Shown in pieces: positions 35,710 to 46,111 of a stretch of DNA of 64,000 nucleotides. The stretch is taken from assembly GCA_965249625.1 (NCBI GenBank), contig OZ252246.1, positions 1,854,365 through 1,918,364 on the forward strand, written 5' to 3'. This DNA comes from Nitrospinales bacterium (GTDB lineage: Bacteria > Nitrospinota > Nitrospinia > Nitrospinales > VA-1). The translations under genes were made by a program, and so were the position numbers. Under the pieces are notes generated by a model that had not been told where the DNA came from, did no database searches, and saw nothing but the letters and a program-made list of their open reading frames with translations. Numbering within the stretch: the first letter of the stretch is position 1; each line of letters begins with the position of its first letter.

Positions 35710-37149
35710 TCATAAACTCTCCAAATCTTCCTCTATCGCATCGCCAGCTTCCAGTAAATTATCAGTGATGTCTTCTAATTGAGGAATTGAATGACCTACA
35801 ATTCCTTCAAATGAGCCATACATTGATAAAATATTCTCTTCAACTTGTTTAATTTGCTCCTCCCGCTTAGCCCAACGGTTTTTAGTGGTTCTAATTTCTT
35901 TTTGAAGCTCCTCATTCATTCGGCTAAAACTGTCTAGACAATCAGAAATCCTGTTTTTGAACCCTGGAGAAGTTAAGTAACCATAAAGCTTTTCCATTTT
36001 TAGATTTTTACCCTCTAAGGTCTGATCTTTTTGATGCAATTCAATAATTGCATTTCTGAGAATTTTGGCTAGTGGAACAACTAAATCCATATTAGTTACC
36101 CAAACATTCCTGATATCACCAAAATTTGAGATTTCTTTAGGAAGAGTTTTAGATACCAATATAGAAAAGTTCGCATTAACTACCTTCTGATCAGCCTTTA
36201 ATTTATCAATCCAAGGATCTTGCCACAATTTAGTATTTTTGGATTCCCACAAAATAATGCCACAGGTCCTACCTTGAAGACGTATTGTTTGAACAATATC
36301 AGCACCATTGACACCAACAGGAACATCTTCGATGATATCCTCGTAAAAGTTTTCTTTTAAAGTAGCTTTTAATTGTTCTTCAGTTACTTCTCCTTGTATT
36401 TGCTGTGATCCTTGTTCCACCGTTTGCTTTAAATTATTGATTTCTTTTCTAAGAAGCTCAATGGTTTTTTCTTTTTCCCCAAGTTTTTGCCTGGATTCAC
36501 TTTGAGTTTGATCTTGGGTTTCTTTTATTAGTTTTTCTTTGTTGAAAAGAAAATCCTTTTCCATCTCCCTTTTTTTGTCTTCTAATTGATCCTTTTGTTT
36601 AATGAATTCCAATTCTAAGTCTTTACGCTCATTTTTTGCTTTTCTTAATTCTTCGTTTAGGTTTTTAATGTTGATTTCAACCTCAGCAATTTCCTTTTCT
36701 TTTTCAAAATCATATTTCTTTTTTAATTTACCTTTAGCTTCTATCACCTTTTTCTCCAATTCTCTATCAAAATCTTCTTTGGTTTCTTGCAATTTGCGTT
36801 CAGTTTTTCGGGCCTTTAGTTCGGCATCTTTTAGTTTTTCATTTACAGCCTGTTGTTCTTTTAGCTTTTCGTTTAAATCATTTAACTCTAATGAAAATTT
36901 GCTTTCCGCCTCATTGGTAAGCTCTATTTTTAAGTTATTTCTTTCTTTTAATAATTTTTCACTAATGGTTTTCTCAATTGACCCCTCTTTCTTTAATAAT
37001 GCTTTTTCTTTTTCAATTAACTCCTTTTCTTTTTCCTTGGCCTCTGATTCTATTTCAGTCCTCAACTCCTGGGCTATTTGACTAGTAAGGACATCAGTTA
37101 AGGGGATTTCTGATTTACAATTAGGGCACGTAAGCAGTTGTTCAGCCAT
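35710..37149 (-). CDS. DUF2130-family protein: zinc ribbon, long coiled coil, C-terminal PD-(D/E)xK-like domain
   Basis: The N-terminus has CPNCKSEIPL. About 230 aa of K/E-rich heptad-like sequence follows. The C-terminus reads GADIVQTIRLQGRTCGIILWESKNTKLWQDPWIDKLKADQ (a D...ExK arrangement). The gene is markedly AT-rich: I counted 17 G+C in the 60 nt of line 36601. Confidence 0.8.
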   Translation of the reverse strand: MAEQLLTCPNCKSEIPLTDVLTSQIAQELRTEIESEAKEKEKELIEKEKALLKKEGSIEKTISEKLLKERNNLKIELTNEAESKFSLELNDLNEKLKEQQAVNEKLKDAELKARKTERKLQETKEDFDRELEKKVIEAKGKLKKKYDFEKEKEIAEVEINIKNLNEELRKAKNERKDLELEFIKQKDQLEDKKREMEKDFLFNKEKLIKETQDQTQSESRQKLGEKEKTIELLRKEINNLKQTVEQGSQQIQGEVTEEQLKATLKENFYEDIIEDVPVGVNGADIVQTIRLQGRTCGIILWESKNTKLWQDPWIDKLKADQKVVNANFSILVSKTLPKEISNFGDIRNVWVTNMDLVVPLAKILRNAIIELHQKDQTLEGKNLKMEKLYGYLTSPGFKNRISDCLDSFSRMNEELQKEIRTTKNRWAKREEQIKQVEENILSMYGSFEGIVGHSIPQLEDITDNLLEAGDAIEEDLESL

Positions 37150-37340
37150 TGGGACCTCACATTTTAAATTAAATCGGAATGCCTACCCTAAATCAGGGTA
37201 GCAATATTGTCAAATTTGAGTAGTAAGTTGGTTGACTTATTAATTTAAGCTGGGTTAGGTCAACGCATAGCAAAAATAAATTTTCCTTCACTTGAGGCGG
37301 GAAAACTGCTGGGAGTTTTCTTACAAATTTTTACATTCAT

Positions 37341-39131
37341 TTATTCTCCCGTATTATCTGATGTTAAGCGTTGCGACTGCGACTGGCAAAGTTTATAAAA
37401 AACTCCTTTTTGTTGCAACAGTTCCTTTCGAGGGCCGTATTCCAATATTTTTCCCTGCTTCAATACAAGAATTTTGTCGGCGTGCAGAAGGGTGGATATC
37501 CGATGTGCAATTATAATGCTGGTTCTTCCACGCGTCAATTCCCGGATTCCATTTTGGATCTGGCTCTCGGTTTCAGGGTCAACGCTGGAAGTCGCTTCAT
37601 CCAGCACCAGTATGCGTGGATTGCTGGCCAAAGCCCGGGCAAAAGACAATAATTGCCGCTGGCCGGAGGAAATCCCAACCCCGCCTTCCTTTAGCTCCTG
37701 CTCATATTTAAAAGGAAGACTGCTGATAAAATTATGTGAACTGACGGCTTGCGAAATAGACTCGATTTCTTCCTGACCCATCTGTTGGTTTCCCAGTCGA
37801 ATATTATCCGAAATATTTCCTGAGAATAAAAATACATCCTGCTGAACAAGAGCAATCTGGCGGCGTAAATCGTATTTATTGATATCCCTGATGGGTTTAC
37901 CGTCAAACCGAATATCGCCTTTTTGAATATCATAAAAACGGCAAAGGGCATTGATGAGGGTGGATTTTCCCGAACCCGTCGCGCCGACAATGGCAAGGCT
38001 CTCCCCTTCTGACAGGGAAAAACTGATGTCCTCCAAGATAAAGTTTTCATCATTATAGGCGAACCAGACATTCTTGAACTCAACCGCCCCCTTCATTTTG
38101 AAATCCGGGTGGGATGGAACCTTGTCGGGCAATTGTTCAGGCGTGTCCAGCAGTTCAAAAATCCGCTCAGAAGATGCCATGGCCGTTTGAATGATATTGA
38201 ATTTTTCCGCAAGGTCTCTTACCGGCTCAAAAAATTTCTGCAGGTACTGGATGAATGCCACCAGGATTCCCAACTGGATTTCATCCTGAACAAATCGCCC
38301 TCCCCCATACCAGATAACCATCCCCACAGCCAGCGAGTTGAACAAATCGATGGAAGGCATATACAGGGAATTGTAATAAACGGTTCTTAAATCCTCTTGA
38401 AGCCGGTTACGGTTAATGCCGGTAAAGTTTTCCAGATTCGTCTTTTCCCGGTTGAAGCATTGAACCGTATCCACACCTGATAAATTTTCCTGTAGATAAG
38501 AATTGAGCTCCGAAACATGCGCCCGATTTTTTCTAAGCGCGTCACGCGCTCGAATCCTGTATAGACGCGTACCCCACGCCAGCAACGGGAAAACCGTGCA
38601 GACCACAAGCGTCAGTCGCCAGTCCAGATAAAGCATGACAGCAAAAATTCCTGTCAATGTGAACAGGTCGCTGAAAATAAGGATGAGCCCGGAAGTCAAC
38701 ATTTCATTGAGAACCTCAACATCATTCACCACCCGGGTGATCATTTTCCCAATGGGGTTCTTGTCAAAATAGGAAAACGACATCTTATGGAGATGGGCGA
38801 ACACTTTAGAACGCAGGTCAAACATGACTTTCTGGCCAATGTACTGCATTAAATAGTTCTGGAAAAACTGAAACACGAATGAAGCGATCAATACAGCCAG
38901 ATACAGGCCCGCGACGACATCCAGCCCATTAAGATCAGAAACTTTTATATAGTCGTCAATAACGATCTTGGTGAAGTAGGGGCCTGCCAGATTGAGCAGA
39001 GAAACTCCTAAAAGCAGGAATATAGCGAGCGCCACCCACTGGCTATAAGGTTTCAGATAAACAAGCACCCGCTTAAATAAAACCCACTCGCGGTACCGGT
39101 CTTTCATGTTTTCCATGTAGGTTCCACTCAT
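37341..39131 (-). CDS. ABC exporter, fused permease/ATPase (second subunit of a probable heterodimer)
   Basis: Walker A GATGSGKST, signature ISSGQRQL, Walker B ILVLDEATS and AHRIST. The ATG at 39131 overlaps the upstream TGA by 1 nt. Confidence 0.9.
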   Translation of the reverse strand: MSGTYMENMKDRYREWVLFKRVLVYLKPYSQWVALAIFLLLGVSLLNLAGPYFTKIVIDDYIKVSDLNGLDVVAGLYLAVLIASFVFQFFQNYLMQYIGQKVMFDLRSKVFAHLHKMSFSYFDKNPIGKMITRVVNDVEVLNEMLTSGLILIFSDLFTLTGIFAVMLYLDWRLTLVVCTVFPLLAWGTRLYRIRARDALRKNRAHVSELNSYLQENLSGVDTVQCFNREKTNLENFTGINRNRLQEDLRTVYYNSLYMPSIDLFNSLAVGMVIWYGGGRFVQDEIQLGILVAFIQYLQKFFEPVRDLAEKFNIIQTAMASSERIFELLDTPEQLPDKVPSHPDFKMKGAVEFKNVWFAYNDENFILEDISFSLSEGESLAIVGATGSGKSTLINALCRFYDIQKGDIRFDGKPIRDINKYDLRRQIALVQQDVFLFSGNISDNIRLGNQQMGQEEIESISQAVSSHNFISSLPFKYEQELKEGGVGISSGQRQLLSFARALASNPRILVLDEATSSVDPETESQIQNGIRELTRGRTSIIIAHRISTLLHADKILVLKQGKILEYGPRKELLQQKGVFYKLCQSQSQRLTSDNTGE

Positions 39132-40903
39132 CAAAGAAAAATCTCCATTTCTCTGGCCAATGATTGATTCTGGAACAGGCCCGCATAGACTCCGCCCGCC
39201 TGGGTCAGCGAAACATGACTGCCCTGTTCAAGTATTTTTCCCGCATCCATCACGATTATCAGGTCCGCGTCACGAACAGCCGATAACCTGTGGGAAATAA
39301 TCAGGGTGGTGGTTTGACTTGGCTGGCCTTGGATATTCCTTAAAATTTCTTCTTCGGTGTCCGAGTCCAGATTTGAAAACGCGTCATCAAGAATCAGCAC
39401 TTCGGGTTTCTTGATCAAAGCACGGGCCAGGGCCACCCTTTGCTTCTGGCCTCCCGACAACGAAACCCCACGCTCGCCGACCAACGTCTCCAATCCCTCC
39501 GGGAACCGTGCCACATCTTTGCTCAATCCGGCGATCTGGATAATTTCTTCCAACTCAAGGTCTGTGGCAGATCCCCTTCCCAGCACAATATTGTCGCGAA
39601 TGGATGCAGAAAATAAAAAGGGTTCCTGACTCACATAACCTATGGATTCTCGCAGTTTTTGCAGAGGGATTTCTTTTATGGGAAGGTTTCCTATTAACAA
39701 AGCACCCGCAGTCGGATCATAAAAGCGTAAAAGCATTTGAGCCAAAGTGGTTTTTCCAGAACCGATCACACCCACCACTCCCAGCGTCTGGCCTCTGGGA
39801 ATTTTAATATCGACTCCCCTTAAACTTGGTGTTTCTGCATCGGGGTAGGTAAACTGCAGTCCCTGAAACTCTATGCCACCCATTGGCTCCAGAGAACCAG
39901 CTCCTTCAAGGGCCGGTTTTATTTCAGGCTGGGCCTTAAAGATTTCATGAATACGGCTCATGGCCGCCATCCCTTTCTGGGTGAGGTTAAAAACATATCC
40001 GATTCCCATCATGGGCCATGAAAGAAGCATCAAATAACCATTAAATGCGACAAAAGATCCCAACGTCATGGAGCCGCCAATCACTGCCTTTCCTCCCAGC
40101 CACAAAGAAAGCATCGCCGCCACCCCTATAACAAACACCATTGTGGGCGTGAAAATTCCAAACATTTGCGTGACATACAGGTTTTTTTTGATGTATTCGT
40201 TATTCAGTTCTGCAAATTTTATTTTTTCATTTTCCTCCTGAACAAATGCGTGGAGAACCCGGATGCCAGCAAGGTTTTCCTGAACGTGACCTGTTATCAA
40301 AGCCAAATGCTCCTGCACCGCTTTATGACGCTTGCCGATTTCCTTAACAAAATAAAAAAACAAGAACGAAATAAAAGGAAGCGGCAGTAAAACCTTGAGA
40401 GCCAGATCAGCATTGATCCAGATCATCATGCTCATGGCGGTGATAATGACAAAAACCGCATCAATGAGAATCAACACCCCCAGCCCAATAAATTCCCTCA
40501 CCGCCCGCAGATCATTGGTGGCGCGCGACATGATATCCCCTGTCGTTTGCTTCAGGTACCATGCCCGGTCTAAAGTTAAAAGATGGCTGAAAAGCCGGTT
40601 CAGGATATCAAATTCAATTTTTCGGGAGGCTCCGAACATATACATCCTCCAGCCATAACGGCCCACTACAAGAAATAGAGCAATCAGCAAAAGAAGAAAC
40701 GCATATTTCAAAAGAATTTCTGAAGAAGGCTTCCCCGGCAGGACATCAATAAACTCCTTGATCAACCAGGGCACAACCAGCGTTATAGAATCCGTGATGA
40801 TTAAAGCCACGATGCCTAGTACCAGCTCCCTCTGGTATTTGGATATATACGGCCAGAATGATTTTAAGTTTTCCAATTTAAATCCTTTTCCTCTTCCCGC
40901 CAA
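39131..40903 (-). CDS. ABC exporter, fused permease/ATPase (first subunit of a probable heterodimer)
   Basis: Walker A GVIGSGKTT, signature LSGGQKQR, Walker B VLILDDAFS and SHRLSA. The start is TTG in the track, and the exact start is uncertain. Confidence 0.9.
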   Translation of the reverse strand: MAGRGKGFKLENLKSFWPYISKYQRELVLGIVALIITDSITLVVPWLIKEFIDVLPGKPSSEILLKYAFLLLLIALFLVVGRYGWRMYMFGASRKIEFDILNRLFSHLLTLDRAWYLKQTTGDIMSRATNDLRAVREFIGLGVLILIDAVFVIITAMSMMIWINADLALKVLLPLPFISFLFFYFVKEIGKRHKAVQEHLALITGHVQENLAGIRVLHAFVQEENEKIKFAELNNEYIKKNLYVTQMFGIFTPTMVFVIGVAAMLSLWLGGKAVIGGSMTLGSFVAFNGYLMLLSWPMMGIGYVFNLTQKGMAAMSRIHEIFKAQPEIKPALEGAGSLEPMGGIEFQGLQFTYPDAETPSLRGVDIKIPRGQTLGVVGVIGSGKTTLAQMLLRFYDPTAGALLIGNLPIKEIPLQKLRESIGYVSQEPFLFSASIRDNIVLGRGSATDLELEEIIQIAGLSKDVARFPEGLETLVGERGVSLSGGQKQRVALARALIKKPEVLILDDAFSNLDSDTEEEILRNIQGQPSQTTTLIISHRLSAVRDADLIIVMDAGKILEQGSHVSLTQAGGVYAGLFQNQSLAREMEIFL

Positions 40904-41055
40904 CCAAGGTTATTTTCCTGTTCCTTTGACGGCTTTTTAGCTAGAATAGGCGCGGGTTTGGGTAAAATTAAAATGCTCCTCAAAACAAACATTGTATCCC
41001 GTTTAATCCCTGGAGACCCGTAATCACTTGAACCATCAAAAAGAAAGACCGTCTT

Positions 41056-42480
41056 ATGTACGGAGTTATACTGGCCGGGGGAAGCGGCACCCGGTTCTGG
41101 CCTAAAAGCCGCGAACAAAGCCCAAAACAACTGCAGAAAATCGTTGGCACCGGAACCATGCTTCAAAACACCGTTCAACGCCTGCTGCCCCTGGTTTCTA
41201 TTGAAAATTTATACCTGTGCACCAACCATCAGCAAGCGGTCGAGACCCTTCGCCAGCTGGATTCCTACGGTTTTTTCCCCGATCATCTCATGGCAGAACC
41301 CTGCAGCAGAAATACCGCATTAGCAATCGGTTTGATGGCAAAAGTAATCATCGAAAAAGATCCTGGTGCGGTCATGGGTGTTTTTCCCGCTGACCATGTT
41401 GTAGCGAACTCTGAGAACTTTATCAAGACACTTCAAAGGTCAGAAACTCTGGCCAAAAAGGGTTATCTCGTTACCCTTGGTATCCCGCCGACCCGGCCTG
41501 AAACCGGATTCGGTTACTTGCAACAGGGAGCTGAAATAGAAGATGGAATCTATCAGGTAGAACGGTTTGTAGAAAAACCTGGCCGACCTGAGGCTGAACA
41601 ATATTTAGAGAATGGCTATTATTTTTGGAATTGCGGAGTCTTCGTCTGGAAGGCTTCTGTCATTCTTGAGGAATTGCAACAGCATGCAGAAAATATTTAT
41701 TCACAGCTTGAAACTATTGCCAGATGCATCCGGAACGCAAAAGGAAAATCCGCCTATCTGGAACTGGATGAAAGGGGCCGCAGCCTTTTTTCTTCCCTGC
41801 CCAGTCTTTCCATCGACTGTGCGGTCATGGAAAATTCGTCAAAGGCAGTCCTCATCCCTGCAGATATCGGTTGGAACGATGTCGGTGCCTGGACTGCTTT
41901 GGACGATGTATCCAAAAAAGATTCTAAAGGTAATATCATCAGCGGAAATGTTCTGGTTCAAGATTGCAGCAACTCCATAATCCAGGCGCAAAATCGGCTC
42001 ATCGCTGTATTGGGATTAAAAGATACAATCGTGGTGGACAGTCCCGATGCCCTCCTGGTCTGCGCCAAGGAGCGTTCCCAGGATGTAAAAAAACTGGTGG
42101 AGTCTCTCAATGAAAACGGCCACCCTGAAGGCAAACAGCCTGCTACCGTTAATAAACCATGGGGGTCCTATACGGTATTGGATTCAGGGTCTTCTTATGT
42201 GCTAAAGCGTATCGAAGTCTTGCCCGGAGAAGCACTCAGCCTGCAATCTCATCAGCACCGCAGTGAACATTGGACTGTTGTCTCCGGCTCAGCGGAAGTG
42301 GTGCGGAACAAAGAAACTTTTCAATTAAAAAGTAACGACTCCATCACCATCCCCAAAAATACCAGGCACAGACTGGGGAACCCAGGTTCCGACCTGCTAA
42401 TAATTATTGAAATTCAGTTTGGCCATCTCCTGGATGAATCCGACATCTCACGTTACGAAGACCGCTACGGTCGTTGCTGA
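41056..42480 (+). CDS. manC: mannose-1-phosphate guanylyltransferase / mannose-6-phosphate isomerase (bifunctional type)
   Basis: The N-terminus is VILAGGSGTRFWPKSR. The C-terminal cupin reads KPWGSYTVLD...RIEVLPGEALSLQSHQHRSEHWTVVSG. Confidence 0.9.
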   Translation: MYGVILAGGSGTRFWPKSREQSPKQLQKIVGTGTMLQNTVQRLLPLVSIENLYLCTNHQQAVETLRQLDSYGFFPDHLMAEPCSRNTALAIGLMAKVIIEKDPGAVMGVFPADHVVANSENFIKTLQRSETLAKKGYLVTLGIPPTRPETGFGYLQQGAEIEDGIYQVERFVEKPGRPEAEQYLENGYYFWNCGVFVWKASVILEELQQHAENIYSQLETIARCIRNAKGKSAYLELDERGRSLFSSLPSLSIDCAVMENSSKAVLIPADIGWNDVGAWTALDDVSKKDSKGNIISGNVLVQDCSNSIIQAQNRLIAVLGLKDTIVVDSPDALLVCAKERSQDVKKLVESLNENGHPEGKQPATVNKPWGSYTVLDSGSSYVLKRIEVLPGEALSLQSHQHRSEHWTVVSGSAEVVRNKETFQLKSNDSITIPKNTRHRLGNPGSDLLIIIEIQFGHLLDESDISRYEDRYGRC

Positions 42481-42519
42481 TCTTGTCCGCCCTGAAAATA
42501 GTGTGCAACGACCGGAACT

Positions 42520-44052
42520 TTAATTTTTCGGCAATGAAATCACAAAATAATTTTTAATGGACTTTGAGTCGACCAGCCGGTTGGCGTATGCGCCGGCCTG
42601 ATCCTTGGCAGCAAATTGTCCGACCCTGATTTTATACCAGTGCCCTCCGGCTCTTCGGATGTCCTTGACGACGTAGAGGCCTTCGATCCCTTTATTTTTA
42701 AGACGCCGGATCATCTTATCCGCATGTTTGGCAGAAATGACCGCGGCAATTTGAATGGTGTATACCCTGTCTTCCTTTTTTATTTGTGCCAGTTTTGATA
42801 TAAGCATCGATGTTAAAGACGGGGAAGACAGGTTATCCTCATTTTTCGAAACCAATTCGCTGAAGCCAAGGGCCAGCATAATTGAAACGGAAAGAACCGC
42901 AAAGCTGACCAGTTTGGCCCTCAACGAGAGTTGTCCGAACTGGATGAGGCCTTCAAGAACCTGAAGAAGGATCCATTTAAATCCAATTAAAATTTTGCGG
43001 GCCAGCCAACCGAACCCTCTCCTTAATATTGTCATTCGGCCTGCAACCAGGCCCATCTCCACTTTCAGGCGTTTCAAATCCTGAAGATCTTCCCGGCGGA
43101 AAAGTTTTATCTTTTTCAGTTTGGAAGCGATCCGGTTTTCCTCAGACTGTCTTCTAGCCTCCGCCTGCTGGTCAGAACTCAAGCCCGCAAATACTTCTCC
43201 GCATTTCTGGTGCAATTCTGGCGCAACCCCGGCAAGATTCCCCTCACAATAACTATGGGCAAGATAGTTCTTAATTTCTTCTTCCTCTTTAACCGAATAA
43301 TTCAACGCAAACAGGTAAAACCTCAAGGCCAACTCATCCGTTCTTTTGTGAGCCAGGTAAATAGGCAGGGCAAATTGGATAATTTCACTGGAAAGCTCAC
43401 TCTGATCTTCCAACGCACTCAAGAATAGCGGTTCAACTTTTCCGGACCATTGTCCAGCCTCTAGAAACAGGCTGGACAGGTAATGAGTTAAAGCGGGGTC
43501 ATGAATTTCCTCCTGCTGCACCAGGACGAGAAGCAGATCCATTTCCTCCCGGGTGAGTTCCCGGCCCTGGTTCAGAATAGCAAGGAGCGGCTTGCGAAAA
43601 CGCGAATCCCCGGGGCTTTGCAAAAAGGCCTGCACATAAATATTCAAGGCCCTGGGGGTTTCATCCCCAATTGATAGCAGGTAGTCCGCGTATAACAGGA
43701 CTCCAAGAATCCGATACTGCTTGCCCGTTTCCGGTAAAAAATAAGAGGAGTAGGTGAAATTCAGGAGATTTTCATACTGGTTTTTAATATCGTCAGGGTT
43801 TGACTGGGGAGGAAAATTTTTAAGAAAGTGCAGAGCGTTAAAAAAACGTTGTTCCCCTACCATCCCATACGCAATAAACCCAAAAAACAGGCAGACGAGG
43901 AAAATCGCCCACTGGATCGGAGCATCGTCAAACAGAACGTTTGGAAGTGCCACCTCGTGCAGAAAAAACAGAAGCGTGAAACCCAATCCAAAAATCAGGA
44001 TTAACGAGACGGCGATTCGGGCCAGATAAAATTTAAGGGTCTGGTACAGCAT
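42520..44052 (-). CDS. SPOR-domain membrane protein
   Basis: TM segments lie at the N-terminus and near residue 370. The C-terminal SPOR-like domain is YTIQIAAVISAKHADKMIRRLKNKGIEGLYVV...WYKIRVGQFAAKDQAGAYANRL. It overlaps the PBP gene stop by 20 nt. Confidence 0.7.
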   Translation of the reverse strand: MLYQTLKFYLARIAVSLILIFGLGFTLLFFLHEVALPNVLFDDAPIQWAIFLVCLFFGFIAYGMVGEQRFFNALHFLKNFPPQSNPDDIKNQYENLLNFTYSSYFLPETGKQYRILGVLLYADYLLSIGDETPRALNIYVQAFLQSPGDSRFRKPLLAILNQGRELTREEMDLLLVLVQQEEIHDPALTHYLSSLFLEAGQWSGKVEPLFLSALEDQSELSSEIIQFALPIYLAHKRTDELALRFYLFALNYSVKEEEEIKNYLAHSYCEGNLAGVAPELHQKCGEVFAGLSSDQQAEARRQSEENRIASKLKKIKLFRREDLQDLKRLKVEMGLVAGRMTILRRGFGWLARKILIGFKWILLQVLEGLIQFGQLSLRAKLVSFAVLSVSIMLALGFSELVSKNEDNLSSPSLTSMLISKLAQIKKEDRVYTIQIAAVISAKHADKMIRRLKNKGIEGLYVVKDIRRAGGHWYKIRVGQFAAKDQAGAYANRLVDSKSIKNYFVISLPKN

Positions 44053-46111
44053 TTCTTTTTTCAGATTGTTTGGAATTCATGGGTTCACTTTTCGGATCAG
44101 GAAGAAGCCCGGTTTCATCCGGCTCCGAGTCTTCAGGCAAAGCGGGAGGCACCGAAAGGTCCACACCTTCTTTAACCGCAACCTGCAAAGTCTCAAGGGA
44201 AAACTCATCAGCAAGATAACCTGTCTGCACATCCACGGTGGCAAATTTAACTTTTTCCGGAACAGGAAATTTCACCGGACTTTTCCCCTCCAGTACCTTC
44301 TGCATAAAAAACACCCAGATGGGAGCGGCGGCACTGGCACCAGTTAAACCTTTACCGGATTTGACTTTCATAGGTTCATTATTATCAAAGCCCACCCAGA
44401 CCGAAGCTGAGATATCTTTTGTAAAAGCATTGAACCACGCATCCTTAAAGTCATTGGTCGTTCCCGTTTTGCCCCCGGCGGGGTGACGAAAACCCATCCT
44501 CCTTACCACCCGTCCGGTGCCTCCATCTATCACTCCTTGCATCATGTTCAGAAGCGGGAAAAGGGAATCAGGCAAAAACTGTTGCACCCCTTGATAGTAA
44601 TGCTCATAAAGCCGGTTGCCTTGGAAATCCTCAATGTGCTGGATCAAATAAGGTTCATTATAAATTCCCAGGTTGGCGATAACACTGTAGGCGGATGCCA
44701 TTTCATAAGGGGATAAACCGGAAGTCCCCAGAGCAAGGGAAAGGTTTTTACCTAACGGACTTTTAATACCAAACTGCCGTGCCGTACGAATCACTTTTTC
44801 CGACCCGACCTCATTAATCAGTTTCGCAGAAATAATGTTAATGGATTTCATCAGAGCTTTTTTAAGAATAATACTTCCTGCAAACTCTTCATCGAAATTC
44901 TGTGGACTCCACGGTTCGCTGCCGGGAACATCTATGGTCAGCGGCTCGTCCACCACCACTGTGGCGGGTGAATAACCCAACTCTTCCATAGCCGTAAAAT
45001 ACACAAACGGTTTGAAGGAAGAACCTGGAAGGCGGTTGTTCGATACCGCTCGATTGAATTGACTGTAGGAGTAGTCTCTTCCACCAAGCATGGCCCGCAC
45101 AGCACCGCTTTTATTTTCTATCGCCACTAATGCCACCTGAAGTGGACCCGCACCCGGCTCCTTGACGACTCTGCCTTCCAAAGCCTCCAGATGATTGCGG
45201 GCACTTTTAAAAGCAAGCTTCTGGTAACGCGAATCCAGTGTAGTAAGAATTTTTAAGCCGCCAAAATGCACAAATTCTTTGCCATAATCCTTTTCTATTT
45301 GCTCCAGCACCTGATCAACAAAATAAAGATTGGGACCCGAATCTACCCGGGGATTAACCAGATCAATATTGGACTGAAGGGCCAATTCTTTCTCTTCAGC
45401 GGTAATCAGGTTTTCACTGACCATCCGGTTCAACACATACTCCGTTCTTTTCATCGCTCTTTCATAATGCGAGAACGGGTTGGCATTATTGGGAGAGTTG
45501 GGGAGGCCCGCAAGAAGAGCCGATTGCAGCAAAGTCAGATCCTTGGCACGTTTTCTAAAATAGACTTGCGCCGCCTCTTCCACACCATAAGCGCCGCTAC
45601 CGAAATATATCTGATTGCAATAGGCTTGAAGAATCTGGTCTTTATTGAAAGTCGCCTCCAATTGAAAAGCAATCAATAGTTCCTTGATCTTGCGCACCCA
45701 GTTTCTCTCAAAAGAAAAAAACAGGTTTTTGGAAAGTTGCTGAGTGATCGTGCTTCCCCCCTGAGCAATCCTTTTTTCACGAAGGTTGGTCAATAACGCA
45801 CGCACCAATCCCCTGTGATCTATTCCGCTGTGGCGATAAAACCGGGAATCTTCAACAGCTATAATGGCTTTTGTGAAAAAGGGCGCAATATCCTCAAGAG
45901 CAACAGGATGCCTCTCACCAAGAATCTTGATGCGGTCACCATCCGAAGAATAAATTTCTGTCGGAAGGCTCAGGTTGATATGTTGCAGGTTTTTGGGAAG
46001 CTGGGGCAAGTCCTGGTTTAACCAGAAGTACAGACCCGCCACAACCAGAACCACAAAAAGAATTAAAGTTACCAGAACCAGATTCAGGGTATGGAGTAAG
46101 CGGTCGGTCAA
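44033..46111 (-). CDS. class A penicillin-binding protein (PBP1A-type transglycosylase/transpeptidase)
   Basis: GT51 motifs are EDSRFYRHSGID and GGSTITQQL. Transpeptidase motifs are SSFKPFVY (SxxK) and KTGTTND (KTG). Confidence 0.92.
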   Translation of the reverse strand: MTDRLLHTLNLVLVTLILFVVLVVAGLYFWLNQDLPQLPKNLQHINLSLPTEIYSSDGDRIKILGERHPVALEDIAPFFTKAIIAVEDSRFYRHSGIDHRGLVRALLTNLREKRIAQGGSTITQQLSKNLFFSFERNWVRKIKELLIAFQLEATFNKDQILQAYCNQIYFGSGAYGVEEAAQVYFRKRAKDLTLLQSALLAGLPNSPNNANPFSHYERAMKRTEYVLNRMVSENLITAEEKELALQSNIDLVNPRVDSGPNLYFVDQVLEQIEKDYGKEFVHFGGLKILTTLDSRYQKLAFKSARNHLEALEGRVVKEPGAGPLQVALVAIENKSGAVRAMLGGRDYSYSQFNRAVSNNRLPGSSFKPFVYFTAMEELGYSPATVVVDEPLTIDVPGSEPWSPQNFDEEFAGSIILKKALMKSINIISAKLINEVGSEKVIRTARQFGIKSPLGKNLSLALGTSGLSPYEMASAYSVIANLGIYNEPYLIQHIEDFQGNRLYEHYYQGVQQFLPDSLFPLLNMMQGVIDGGTGRVVRRMGFRHPAGGKTGTTNDFKDAWFNAFTKDISASVWVGFDNNEPMKVKSGKGLTGASAAAPIWVFFMQKVLEGKSPVKFPVPEKVKFATVDVQTGYLADEFSLETLQVAVKEGVDLSVPPALPEDSEPDETGLLPDPKSEPMNSKQSEKRNAVPDP

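Noticed and set aside
36602-37081. 159-aa plus-strand ORF
   Set aside because: It is antisense to the K/E-rich coiled coil of the DUF2130 gene, which necessarily yields a Ser/Phe/Leu-rich stop-free frame.
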